From: Phyllobates terribilis
Taxonomy: Eukaryota
NCBI RefSeq assembly: GCF_046119375.1
Contig: NW_027362769.1
Location: forward strand, 393,142,001 to 393,206,000
Direction of reading: 5' to 3'
DNA: 64,000 nt
This document shows positions 15,651-28,800 of the stretch, in pieces (the stretch's first letter is position 1; every line of letters begins with the position of its first letter). Below the pieces are notes generated by a model that saw nothing but the letters and a program-made list of their open reading frames with translations, was not told the DNA's origin and did no database searches. The position numbers and the translations under genes are program-made.

Positions 15651-18600
15651 ATGCCGGGTAGTGCCCTGACTCCAGTTGTCACCGCGGCCTCCGTCACTGC
15701 TGCGCTCGTCAGGTGCGCACACCTTTACTGTTATTGTGCCGCCGCTGTGCTTTCCCTGTGTGTCAGACTGTACCGTGTTTCTGGAATTGTATTCATGCAC
15801 TAGGAGGCTCAGGATGAGCAGGCCCCGTCCAGATGGTGTTTTCTGAGGGATCAGGTGCTGACTTGGTTCTTTCTCCCTCAGTGTCCTGTTGTCGTACTGG
15901 TCCGGCAGCCACCCCCCTGCGATGGCGACTCACGTCAAGGCGCTGACGTCTCCGTACCCGGGCTCCCGGGTGGAGAGGTGGCCGGTTCCCCAGGAGAAGG
16001 TCAGCTGGTCTGTAAAGTGGCCGGAGTATCAGCCCGTAGATTACACCGCCCCCTCGGTTCTCGCCCGACCTCCGTGGGCCGACCCTCCGCAAAGGTGAGA
16101 GGTGCATGGAAACCGCCAGACCTGTCCGGCTAGTCTCGTGTAGTGATAGCCCCGAGGCTGGGTGGGGATTTTGGCTCTGGGTCCTTAGTGTTCACACCCG
16201 GGTAGGGGGCTTCGTCCAACAAAACATCACAGCGTCCCTTACCTGTAAAGTCACTACCGTGTTCAGATCGACTGGGACCTCTAGTGGAGAACAGTGGAAC
16301 AGCCACCAGGGAGAAGCTGTCGGCACCAGGCCGGCCGTCTCCTGCAGCAGTCTGTCCAAATATTATCCCAAACTGGAGCAGGATCCCTAGAAATATTTAA
16401 AGGGCTTATACCAAGATTGCAAATTATTCCCTACTCACAGATCCTGAGAAAGGGGCCTTGGTGTTGACTCTTTGAATGGGTCGTACATGCTGGTCACCAG
16501 TCCATTCGTTCTCTATGGCACTGAGCTGTATCAGGCTGTCTCCAGTCCTCTCATATTTAAGGGGGCTGTCTCATGTTTTGTCCCCCTAGCAGATAAGAAG
16601 CTGGGGGGCAGAAGAGGAGTACGCTCCTGAACATAGACCATGAGACAATCCCTTTAAATCTGTGAGTGCCGGAGTCCAGGAGTACAGTGCCGCTCTGCCC
16701 TCCAGCTTCCTGCTGCCCAGGGGGCGGTGTGCTCCTGATGATTGACAGCTCATCCCTGCGGCATTGTCACACGCTGCCCCAGACTGTGCCCTCTCTTATG
16801 CTGCATGCAGGGACGGCGGCATCAGGCGGGCACTAGAAGGCATGAAGGTGGCTGGATACCGCAGTCCTGCCAGTTATACAGCAGCGATTACAATCTCCCT
16901 AGAAAACGCTTGTAAGTGCTGAACTCCTTGCTTAGGAGACCAACCACCACTGATAGACTGCAGAGGTGGCCGGTAACCTTGGCAATAAGGAGAAAGCTAT
17001 AACATTAAAAATTACCCCTGTTCTTGAGAACAGTGAAGATTTTTAGTAAGAGCTAAATTGCAAAGTTGCTTATTTTTTCACCAGCACTTCGCAATTTTAC
17101 CCATTTAACAAAATGAGACAACCCCTGTTATTAACGGAGCAAGGTGGGGGGCATGCAGGACCATCGATCTATTCAGTAGGAGAACACCGGAGACCGTTCT
17201 CAGGGTGGGTGGGGGTCCCAGTAACCAGCAGGTTATTATCTCTTGTGGATGGGCAATAGAGGCTAAACCATGAATGCAACTTTACAGAATTAGTATTTTT
17301 TATTAATACTGAGTTACACCCAGAGCTGCAATCACAATTCTTCCGGCTGCTGCACTTGCTCGCTTGGATCACGTCTCCATTACTACATGCTCTGTACTGA
17401 CACTAATAAAGGCCACAGGCATCCTGAGAGCCAACAGAAAAGCAGCAGGAAAGTGCATGCAGCTTTGGATGTGACTGGAGTACAATGAAAGATGGATCTC
17501 CATGTGATTCTCAGCAATGAAGACTTCTGCCCCAAGTACAACGCTCTCGACGGACAAGTAGAGAGAACCAGCTTTGAAGGGACGTACGAAGTGATGGACG
17601 GATGGCCGAGGTGAGTGCGGGCGACGTAGAGCGGGGCGTCCTGTCGCCTCTACAGCAAGATCTGACTACGAGCATTGCCCTCCATTCTCAGGAACCCCAC
17701 GGGGCGGACAGGGATAACAGGGAGAGGACTATTGGGGCGATGGGGGCCTAACCATGCTGCGGACCCCATCATAACCAGGTGAGCTCTACTACTACTACTC
17801 TCAACAGGTAATATGCCAGGATGTGTTTTACATTTTGCTCCCCCTACAGGTGGAAACGAGTTTCTGCAGGGGAGAAGGTGGAGCACCCCGAGACTGGAAA
17901 ACCTGTACTACAGTTTGTATCTATACAGAGGAAGGACTGCGGGCAGTGGGCGATCCCGGGGGTGAGTGCAGAGCACAATACAGCCCCGGTATGAAGGATC
18001 TGTGCGGCGGGTACAAATCAGACACACGGGTCACCCCAGGAAGGATTACACAATATGTGATCGATCTCACAGGGGCGCTGACAGTCACCGCTCCGAGCAG
18101 ATCAGAACTACACCTCGTGTTACTACTACTTCACAGACAAGACAGAACCTGAGCACCAGGGCGTTCATGGGAAATGTCACTGAGAGAAGCTGGAGACGTA
18201 CGACCGCTGTGTATCCAGCAATAACTACTATAATACTGCTCCTATGTACAGGATTATAGCTACTATAATACTGCCCTATGTACAAGAATATAACTCCTAT
18301 AATACTGCCCCCTATGTACAAGAATATAACTACTATAATACTGCTCCTATGTACAAGAATATAACTACTATAATACTGCTCCCTATGTATAAGAATATAA
18401 CTTCTATAATACTGCCCCCTATGTACAAGAATATAACTACTGTAATACTGCCCCCTATGTACAAGAATATAACTACTATAATACTGCTCCTATGTACAAG
18501 AATAAAACTACTATAATACTGCCCCCTATGTACAAGAATATAACTACTATAATACTGCCCCAATGTACAACAATATAACTACTATAATACTGCTCCCTAT

Positions 18601-19568
18601 GTACAAGAATATAACTACTGTAATACTGCTCCTATGTACAAGAATAAAACTACTATAATACTGCCCCCTATGTACAAGAATATAACTACTATAATACTGC
18701 TCCTATGTACAAGAATATAACTACTATAATACTGCCCCAATGTACAACAATATAACTTCTATAATACTGCCCCCTATGTACAAGAATATAACTACTATAA
18801 TACTGCTCCTATGTACAGGAATATAACTGCTATAATACTGCCCCCTATGTGTGTATCTTCCCCTTTCTGCGTCTTGCAGGGGATGGTGGATCCGGGGGAG
18901 CTGGTGACAGCGACGCTGCGCAGGGAGTTCTGTGAGGAAGCGTTGAACTCTCTGGAGAGCTCTGGAGAAGAGCCGGACACTGAGCAGAGAATCCAGAGCC
19001 TCTTCTCTCAGGAGCACTTGCCGGTAATGGTCGCCGGGTGGTGGTCTCTGGCTCCCAGTAATGCGGTCATTCTCGGGAGGGTGGGGTGGGGCGTGCTCAC
19101 TGGATATAGGGGGTTGTCCTGATCTTACAAACCTCAGGCTCTTTCCTTGCTGTTGGGGAATGTGAATACCCCCTTTCTCCTGCATGTCAGTCTTTCTTGT
19201 TTCACGAACATCATACGATTACATTAATCTGAATTCTATGTGTGGCCGTCCATTGCAGGTATACAGGGGGTATGTGGACGACCCTCGTAACACGGACAAC
19301 GCCTGGATGGAGACCCAGGCTGTGAATTACCACGACGAGACAGGTGGGTGTAGCGGGGGGCAGTCTGATAACCTGCCCTGGTGTTATATCCTCTGATGCC
19401 AGTGTTTGCCCTCTCCCCTCAGGGCTCATCCTGGACAAGTTGGCCTTACAAGCTGGGGACGACGCGGGCAAGGTGCGGTGGGTGGACATCAGCGGCAGCT
19501 TAAACCTGTACGCCAACCATGCCCAGTTCATTCAAATAGTGGCAGAGAAGAGGGGCGCCCACTGGTAA
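15651..19568 (+). CDS. NUDT9: ADP-ribose pyrophosphatase NUDT9. Coding exons 15651-15712, 15882-16094, 17515-17610, 17692-17778, 17850-17961, 18880-19023, 19259-19343, 19423-19568
   Basis: [47 protein letters not shown], Nudix box [42 protein letters not shown]-terminal KRGAHW. All junctions are GT-AG and in phase. AATAAA at 19728. The first coding exon (hydrophobic N-terminus [15 protein letters not shown]..) is less certain. Confidence 0.95.
16557..16657. mobile_element. 101-bp TTAA-flanked mini-MITE in NUDT9 intron 2
   Basis: TTAAGGGGGCTGTCTCATG ... CATGAGACAATCCCTTTAA inverted termini. Confidence 0.65.
18224..18850. repeat. 36-bp minisatellite in NUDT9 intron 5
   Basis: Unit tactataatactgccccctatgtacaagaatataac, about 17 copies, ending at the polypyrimidine tract. 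Confidence 0.95.
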
Positions 19569-19794
19569 TCGGTCGTACTCCACCCATCAGGAACCTGCCC
19601 TTGTCCGGCGGGCATCAGAGACTCTGCCCAACCTGTGGGTATTTCAGGCGTCTCCAGCACTCCCGTGACCTCGGCAGCGGGATCTGCCCTCGGAGCAGAC
19701 ATCCATCATCGCCAACCTTTGGAATGTAATAAAAGCCGTTTCCTGATTGGCGCCGTGTTCATTCTCTGCGAAAAAGAAAGATTGTGCAACCGCT

Positions 19795-20725
19795 GGCCGG
19801 GAGTCCGCTGCCCGGGAGAGGCGATGCCACCCAAGTACACTGCACCCCTCAGCTGCCCGTGCTGCCCCCTGGAGTCCACTACCCGGGAGAGGTGACGCCA
19901 CCCAAGTACACTGCCCCCCTCAGCTACCCGTGCTGCCCCCCGGAGTCTGCTGCCCAGGAGAGGCGACGCCACCCAAGTACACAGCCCCCCTCAGCTGCCC
20001 GTGCTGCCCCCTGGAGTCCACTACCCGGGAGAGGTGACGCCACCCAAGTACACTGCCCCCCTCAGCTACCCATCCTGACCCCTGGAGTCCGTTGCCTGGG
20101 AGAGGCGACTCCACCCTAGTACACTGCCCCCCTCAGCTGCCCATGCTGCCCCCTGGAGTCCGCTGCCCGGGAGAGGCGACGCCACCCAAGTACACTGCCC
20201 CCCTCAGCTGCCCGTCCTGACCCCTGGAGTCCGTTGCCTGGGAGAGGCGATGCCACCCAAGTACACTGCCCCCCTCAACTACCCGTCCTGACCCAGCGAG
20301 TCCGCTGCCCGGGAGAGGTGATGCCACCCAAGTACATTGCCCCTTCAGCTACCCATCCTGACCCCCCGGAGTCCGCTGCCGGGAAGAGGCGACGCTACCC
20401 AAGTACACTGCACCCCTCAGCTACCCATGCTGCCCCCCATAGTCCGCTGCCCGTGAGATGGGAAGCCACCCAAGGACACTGCACCCCTCAGCTGCCCGTG
20501 CTGCCCCCCGGTGGCCACTGCCCGGAAGAGGCAACACCACCCAAGTACACTGCACCCCTCAACTACCCGTGCTGTACCCCAGAGTCTGCTTTCCAGAAGA
20601 GGCGACGCCACCCAAGTACACTGCCCCTCTCAGCTGCCCGTGCTGCCACCTGGAGTCCACAGTCCGGGAGAGGCAACGGCACCCAAGTACACTGCCCTCC
20701 TAGAGTCCACTGTCCGGGAGAGGTA
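19795..20725. repeat. 71-bp GC-rich minisatellite downstream of NUDT9
   Basis: Unit ggagtccgctgcccgggagaggcgacgccacccaagtacactgccccctcagctgcccgtgctgccccct, period 71, about 13 copies. Confidence 0.92.
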
Positions 20726-21374
20726 ACGTTACATATACTCCAGAGCTGCAATCATGAATCTGCCACTTCTGAGCTCCCGGCATTCCCTGCTTGTCCTGAT
20801 AATCACACCTGTCGTCATTAAAACTGGGTAAGTGGTGAAGGGCTGTGTGACGACATGCATGCTGACTGTTTCCAATAATAGCTAGAGGTATAGCGAGTGC
20901 AGCTCTGGAGCACAGTGAAGGCTGTAAGTTAGTGATGCACTGTGTTGTATGTTAGATCCGCACTGTTCATAAAATAGTGGTAAAACTTTGTGCTTTTTGG
21001 GAAAAAATAGTGAGAACACGGCCCTAGGCGAGCATCGGAGTCCCCTAACTGCCGAGATGGCATGACCTCTAAGGCCCGTGGCATCTATGGGGTTAGATGG
21101 TCAGGATCAGGGTTATCTCTGATCTCGTACATTGCTGTTACCGCACCTTCTGCCCTCGGGCCATCAAATGAGCCACAGAGCCGACATTACTGGCGGCTGT
21201 CGCCAAGAGTATACAGGCCTATACCCAGGTGATCGCTCGCCGGGAGCTGTATACATCCTTGTCAGTCTCTACTGCAGTTTTCTCGTTGTATTCATGAGCT
21301 GAAGAGCAGCTCCCACCCCGACAGGTGCATCCGCACTACTGAGCGAGGCTCCTCACATGTCTCCTTATATATGA

Positions 21375-21518
21375 TCACAGCAGCCAATCAGCAGACGTCT
21401 TCTAAGCTGCAGAGAGATTAAACCTGACTTTGGTTGGCTGTTATGTGCAGCCAATCAGATCTCTGCTAAATAGAGAGTGAAGCGCTGGTTGCTAGGGGCG
21501 ACGCAGGCGAGGGTGAGA
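21375..21518 (+). promoter_or_regulatory. Candidate promoter / non-coding first exon for GDPD3
   Basis: Two CAGCCAATCAG boxes, GGTTGCTAGG, and a donor GG|GTGAGA at 21513. The GDPD3 ATG exon has an upstream acceptor (CTCAG|30169), so a 5'UTR exon is expected somewhere. These motifs also occur in frog repeats, so support is weak. Confidence 0.3.
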
Positions 21519-21583
21519 CCTCACAGGGGGGTCGTTATCATCGGGCCTGGATGATATAATGTACGGCCCGATATATCCCCCAC

Positions 21584-23420
21584 TAGATACACGGCTCAGC
21601 AGACGGTATCACACAGGATAGGATTAGATACACGGCTCAGCAGACGGTATCACACAGGAGAGGATTAGATACACGGCTCAGCAGACAGTATCACACAGGA
21701 GAGGATTAGATACACAGCTCAGCAGACAGTATCACACGGGAGAGGATTAGATACACGGCTCAGCAGACAGTATCACACAGGATAGGATTAGATACAGCTC
21801 AGCAGACGGTATCACACAGGATAGGATTAGATACACGGCTCAGCAGACAGTATCACACAGGAGAGGATTAGATACACACCTCAGCAAACAGTATCACACA
21901 GGATAGGATTAGATACACGGCTCAGCAGACGGTATCACACAGGAGAGGATTAGATACACGGCTCAGCAGACAGTATCACACAGGAGAGGATTAGATACAC
22001 ACCTCAGCAAACAGTATCACACAGGAGAGGATTAGATACACGGCTCAGCAGACAGTATCACACAGGAGAGGATTAGATACACAGCTCAGCAGACAGTATC
22101 ACACGGGAGAGGATTAGATACACGGCTCAGCAGACAGTATCACACAGGATAGGATTAGATACAGCTCAGCAGACGGTATCACACAGGATAGGATTAGATA
22201 CACGGCTCAGCAGACAGTATCACACAGGAGAGGATTAGATACACACCTCAGCAAACAGTATCACACAGGAGAGGATTAGATACACGGCTCAGCAGACGGT
22301 ATCACACAGGATAGGATTAGATACACGGCTCAGCAGACGGTATCACACAGGAGAGGATTAGATACACGGCTCAGCAGTCAGTATCACACAGGAGAGGATT
22401 AGATACACAGCTCAGCAGACAGTATCACACGGGAGAGGATTAGATACACGGCTCAGCAGACAGTATCACACAGGATAGGATTAGATACAGCTCAGCAGAC
22501 GGTATCACACAGGATAGGATTAGATACACGGCTCAGCAGACAGTATCACACAGGAGAGGATTAGATACACACCTCAGCAAACAGTATCACACAGGATAGG
22601 ATTAGATACACGGCTCAGCAGACGGTATCACACAGGAGAGGATTAGATACACGGCTCAGCAGTCAGTATCACACAGGATAGGATTAGATACACAGCTCAG
22701 AGACAGTATCACACAGGATAGGATTAGATACACGGCTCAGAGACAGTATCACACAGGATAGGATTAGATACACAGCTCAGCAGACAGTATCACACAGGAT
22801 AGGATTAGATACATGGCTCAGCAGACAGTATCACACAGGATAGGATTAGATACATGACTCAGCAGACAGTACCACACAGGAGAGGATTAGATACACGGCT
22901 CAGCAGACGGTATCACACAGGATAGGATTAGATACATGGCTCAGCAGACAGTATCACACAGGAGAGGATTAGATACACAGCTCAGCAGACAGTATCACAC
23001 AGGATAGGATTAGATACATGGCTCAGCAGACAGTATCACACAGGATAGGATTAGATACACGGCGCAGCAGACAGGATCACACAGGAGAGGATTAGATACA
23101 CGGCTCAGCAGACAGTATCACACAGGAGAGGATTAGATACATGGCTCAGCAGACAGTATCACACAGGATAGGATTAGATACACGGCTCAGCAGACAGTAT
23201 CACACAGGATAGGATTGGATACACGGCTCAGCAGACAGTATCACACAGGATAGGATTAGATACACGGCTCAGCAGACAGTATCACACAGGAGAGGATTAG
23301 ATACACGGCTCAGCAGACAGTATCACACAGGAGAGGATTAGATACACGGTTCAGCAGACAGTATCACATAAGATTAGATACACGGCTCAGCAGATAGTTT
23401 CACATAGGATTAGATACACT
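21584..23420. repeat. 41-bp minisatellite
   Basis: Unit tagatacacggctcagcagacagtatcacacaggagaggat, about 45 copies. Confidence 0.97.
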
Positions 23421-24034
23421 GACATTCTGTAACAATAAATGGCGGGGAGTGTGCCCTGGATGGTATCGCAGGAGAGGCTTAGATACCTCGGCACGGTACC
23501 CGCTGGGCATGACATAGAGCTGGTAGCTGGAGGACATGTGGTTGGGGGGTCCGGCCTCCCGTCCCCGGTCACTGCCCAAACAGGTTGTGGTCCTGGGCGG
23601 CTGCCGGTATGTACCTGCCTGGAATGTGTACAGGTGTGTCAGGGCGGAATTAACCTCTCAGCTGCCAGGACGGCTTGGTGCAGTCAGGGATTACATGCCC
23701 TTCTCTGGGGACCCGTTTCTGTCATGCCAGGGGCACCACCTGCACCCCCCTCCTGATCAGGGGCCGCCGCTCATCAGAAACTGCTGATTGTCGGCTTCTA
23801 TCTGCTGATCTGCAGCATTCCCTTCCAATCCACAGAGCAGGTAGAAAGAGGGCGCAGCTGTGGGCACGGTGCCAGCTACCGACAGGCTGGTGTATCCATA
23901 GTGTGCCAGGGGAGAAGACGATTGTGCCCACATACCGTCCGCACGACCGACTACACTGTGCCAGGCGAGAGGATCCATCAGTCTGCGGCAGGTGTGGAGA
24001 CTGTGCCAAACCGAGGGGCAAGGACTGTGCCAGA

Positions 24035-24545
24035 ACAGGAGGAGAGGCGGTGTGCCAGGTGAGGGGCAGACTATGTGTGCCAGGTGAGGGGCAGACTGTG
24101 TGTGCCAGGTGAGGGGCAGACTATGTGTGCCAGGTGAGGGGCAGACTATCTGTGCCAGGTAAGGGGCAGACTATCTGTGCCAGGTGAGGGGCAGAATATC
24201 TGTGCCAGGTAAGGGGCAGACTTTCTGTGGCTAGAGGGGGGGGGGGTGACAGGTGAGGGGCAGACTATCTGTGCCAGGTGAGGGGCAGACTATCTGTGCC
24301 AGGTGAGGGGCAGACTGTGTGTGCCAGGTGAGGGGCAGACTGTGTGTGCCAGGTGAGGGGCAGACTATCTGTGCCAGGTGAGGGGCAGACTGTGTGTGCC
24401 AGGTGAGGGGCAGACTGTGTGTGCCAGGTGAGGGGCAGACTATCTGTGCCAGGTAAGGGGCAGACTTTCTGTGGCTAGAGGGGGGGGGGGGGGTGACAGG
24501 TGAGGGGCAGACTATCTGTGCCAGGTCAGGGGCAGAATATCTGTG
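24035..24545. repeat. 25-bp minisatellite
   Basis: Unit ctatgtgtgccaggtgaggggcaga. Confidence 0.9.
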
Positions 24546-24899
24546 GCTGGAGGGGGTGCCAGTAAAAAATGCCTAAACCCTGAGCTGGCATTGTGATGGG
24601 TACATGGGTCCAGGAAACAAACCGAGAGGAGGATAGATGGTGTGCCAGGAGCAGGACATAACCAGGTAGGTGCCCGCTGCCCAAGGATAGGCAAGAAAAG
24701 CCTGTGCCAGAGGAATAGCTGTCATTATGTACCAGGGCAGGAATAGGTGGTATGGATCAGGGTGAGATATCCGATGCCACCTACCTGTAGGCTAACAGTA
24801 ATCCTGTGCCAGGATAGCCACACATGGAACGAACCAATAGACGCAATGTGGCGGTGACGGGTAGAAGATGCCCCGTGGCAGTAAAGCAGCAAATGCCCT

Positions 24900-25563
24900 T
24901 ATTATAAATAAGCGCTCTATAATTGATACAATTGTTTCTGGGTTATATATTAGCAGCTTATGGAAAAGTATCACAGCCAAAGAGATGTGGGTCCCCGATC
25001 TGAGGAACAATGGGAAGAGGTGCTGGATCCAATTCCTAAATGATCCCTGTCCGAATCACAAAGACTGTCCCAAAGCTTTCTTATTCATAGAGTATATAAG
25101 ACCCCGAATATCCTATTTAAAATTGGTATAATGGTGAACAACGTGTCCAAGATGCGGGAAAAACGACGCTCACTTGTCATAAACCTGTAGAATCTCCTAA
25201 CTCATCTCAAGCCCCCAACTCACCTCAAGCCCCCAACTCACATACCCAAAGGGTCCTAGATAATTCTATGTACATGCTGTAATTCTCTGTGTTTTAATGC
25301 CATACACAAGCCGTCAGATGGGATTCATTGATATTTGTATTCATATATGTAAATGGTAGTAAGTGAATGATACCTACGATGACGCTGATATGAACCGCTT
25401 TGTATTTGCTTCGCAGTGACTTGTATATGAGACTTGTAGGATTTCTTATTTGTTTTCTTGTTTTTGCTTAGTTTTGATAGTTTCTAAAAACAAAATGATA
25501 ATGTGAAGGTATCTTGATATCTTTCACAATAAAAAAAATGATCTGATTAAAAAAAAAAAAAAA
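24900..25563 (+). mobile_element. 5'-truncated, degraded L1-type LINE fragment (ORF2 C-terminus, 3'UTR, poly-A)
   Basis: The frame from about 24954 reads EEQWEEVLDPIPK*SLSESQRLSQSFLIHRVYKTPNILFKIG, then after a frameshift CPRCGKNDAHL, typical of the L1 ORF2 C-terminal cysteine-rich region. AATAAA at about 25528 and an A-tail at 25548-25563. Confidence 0.72.
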
Positions 25564-25809
25564 GGAGCTAATTAATGCCCCTTGGAATAAGAGGAGAACT
25601 TGAATCAGAAAAGTAGAGAACGCCGTCAGGCAGTAATGGATCCTCTGTGACTGCAAAGTACAAGATAGCCTACCGCATCAGAGGAGAAGCAGACCCTAAT
25701 AGCTAATGGAAGAAAAGCCGATGATACCCCGACATGAGAGGATGCCCCGGCCTGGGACACTAGAGGATGTCCTTTAAAAATAGAGGCTACCCAGTGACAG
25801 CAGAGTAGT

Positions 25810-28800
25810 GATTGCCCTATGGCAGTAGAGGATGCCCCGTGGTAGTAGAGGATACCCTGTGACAGTAGAGGATACTCTGTGGCAGTAGAGGATGCCCTGT
25901 GGCAGTAGAATAGAGGATACCCTGTGACAGTAGAGGATACCCTGTGACAGTAGAGGATACCCTGTGGCAGTAGAATAGAGGATACCCTGTGGCAGTAGAG
26001 GATACTCTGTGGCAGTAGAGGATGCCCTGTGGCAGTAGAATAGAGGATACCCTGTGACAGTAGAGGATACTCTGTGGCAGTAGAAGATGCACTGCTGCAG
26101 TAGAGGATAACCTGTGGCAGTAGAATAGAGGATACCCTGTGGCAGTAGATGATACCCTGTGGCAGTAGAGGATGCCCTGTGGCAGTAGAATAGAGGATAC
26201 CCTGTGGTAGTAGAGGATGTCCTGTGGTAGAAGAGGATGCCTTGTGGTAGTAGAGGATGCCCTGTGGCAGTAGAGGATATCCTGTGGTAGTAGAGGATGC
26301 CCTGTGGCAGTAGAGGATGCCCTGTGACAGTAGAGGATGCCCTGTGGCAGTAGAATAGAGGATACCCTGTGGCAGTAGAAGATGCACTGTGGCAGTAGAG
26401 GATAACCTGTGGCAGTAGAATAGAGGATACCCTGTGGCAGTAGAATAGAGGATACCCTGTGGTAGTAGAGGATGTCCTGTGGTAGAAGAGAATGCCTTGT
26501 GGTAGTAGAGAATGCCCTGTGGCAGTAGAGGATGCCCTGTGGCAGTAGAGGATGCCCCGTGGCAGTAGAATAGAGGATACCCTGTGGCAGTAGAAGACGC
26601 ACTGTGGCAGTAGAGGATAACCTGTGGCAGTAGAATAGAGGATGCCCTGTGGCAGTAGAAGATGCACTGTGGCAGTAGACGATAACCTGTGGCAGTAGAA
26701 TAGAGGATGCCCTGTGGCAGTAGCTGATACCCTGTGGCAGTAGAGGATGCCCTGTGGCAGTAGAATAGAGTATACCCTGTGGTAGTAGAGGATGTCCTGT
26801 GGTAGAAGAGGATGCCCTGTGGCAGTAGAGGATGCCCTGTGGCAGTAGAGGATGCCCTGTGACAGTAGAGGATGCCCTGTGACAGTAGAGGATACCCTGT
26901 GGCAGTAGAATAGAGGATACCCTGTGACAGTAGAGGATACTCTGTGGCAGTAGAGGATGCCATGTGGCAGTAGAATAGAGGATACCCTGTGGCAGTAGAG
27001 GATACTCTGTGGCAGTAGAGGATGCCCTGTGCCAGTAGAGGATGCCATGTGGCAGAAGAATAGAGGATACCCTGTGGCAGCAGATGATACCCTGTGGCAG
27101 TAGAGGATGCCCTGTGGCAGTAGAATAGAGGATACCCTGTCGCAGTAGAAGATGCACTGTGGCAGTAGAGGATAACCTGTGGCAGTAGAATAGAGGATGC
27201 CCTGTGGCAGTAGAATAGAGGATACCCTGTCGCAGTACAAGATGCACTGTGGCAGTAGAGGATAACCTGTGGCAGTAGAATAGAGGATGCCCTGTGGCAG
27301 TAGATGATACCCTGTGGCAGTAGAGGATGCCCTGTGGCAGTAGAATAGAGGATACCCTGTGGTAGTAGAGGATGTCCTGTGGTAGTAGAGGATGCCCTGT
27401 GACAGTAGAGGATGCCCTATGGTAGTAGAGGATACCCTGTGGCAGTAGAGGATGTCTTGTGGCAGTAGAGGATGTCCTGTGGTAGTAGAGGATGCCCTGT
27501 GGTAGTAGAGGATGTCCTGTGACAGTAGAGGATGCCCTGTGGTAGTAGAGGATGTCCTGTGGTAGTAGAGGATGTCCTGTGACAGTAGAGGATGCCCTGT
27601 GGTAGTAGAGGATGCCCTGTGACAGTAGAGGATGCCCTGTGGTAGTAGAGGATGTCCTGTGACAGTAGAGGATGCCCTGTGGTAGTAGAGGATTCCCTGT
27701 GGTAGTAGAGGATGCCCTGTGGTAGTAGAGGATGCCCTGTGCTTGTAGAGGATGCCCTGTGGCAGTAGAGGATGCCCTGTGACAGTAGAGGATACCCTGT
27801 GGCAGTAGAATAGAGGATACCCTGTGACAGTAGAGGATGCCATGTGGCAGTAGAGGATGCCATGTGGCAGAAGAATAGAGGATACCCTGTGGCAGCAGAT
27901 GATACCCTGTGGCAGTAGAGGATGCCCTGTGGCAGTAGAATAGAGGATACCCTGTGGCAGTAGAAGATGCACTGTGGCAGTAGAGGATAACCTGTGGCAG
28001 TAGAATAGAGGATACCCTGTGGCAGTAGATGATACCCTGTGGCAGTAGATGATACCCTGTGGCAGTAGAGGATGCCCTGTGGCAGTAGAATAGAGGATAC
28101 CCTGTGGTAGTAGAGGATGTCCTGTGGTAGAAGAGGATGCCTTGTGGTAGTAGAGGATGCCCTGTGGCAGTAGAGGATGCCCTGTGGCAGTAGAAGATGC
28201 CGTGTGGTAGTAGAGGATGTCCTGTGACAGTAGAGGATGCCCTGTGGTAGTAGAGGATGCCCTGTGACAGTAGAGGATGCCCTGTGGTAGTAGAGGATGT
28301 CCTGTGACAGTAGAGGATGTCCTGTGGTAGTAGAGGATGTCCTGTGGTAATAGAGGATGCCCTGTGTTAGTAGAGAATGCCCTGTGGTAGTAGAGGATGC
28401 CCTGTGGTAGTAGAGGATGCCCCGTGGTAGTAGAGGATGCCCTGTGGTAGTAGAGGATGCCCTGTGAAAGTAGAGGATGCCCTGTGGCAGTAGAGGATGC
28501 CCTGTGGCAGTAGAATAGAGGATACCCTGTGGTAGTAGAGGATGTCCTGTGGTAGAAGAGGATGCCTTGTGGTAGTAGAGGATGCCCTGTGGTAGTAGAG
28601 GATGTCCTGTGTCAGTAGAGGATGTCCTGTGACAGTAGAGGATGTCCTGTGACAGTAGAGGATGTCCTGTGGTAGTAGAGGATGTCCTGTGGTAGTAGAG
28701 GATGTCCTGTGACAGTAGAGGATGCCCTGTGGTAGTAGAGGATGCCCTGTGGTAGTAGAGGATGTCCTGTGACAGTAGAGGATGCCCTGTGGTAGTAGAG

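Noticed and set aside
21584-23420. Regular short repeats superficially like a CRISPR array
   Set aside because: Head-to-tail tandem units with no unique spacers, no cas genes, and a eukaryotic spliced-gene context.
23430-24030. GC-rich unique segment with several overlapping 70-145 aa ORFs
   Set aside because: No recognisable protein motif or consistent exon chain. It might hold a GDPD3 5'UTR exon, but this is unsupported.
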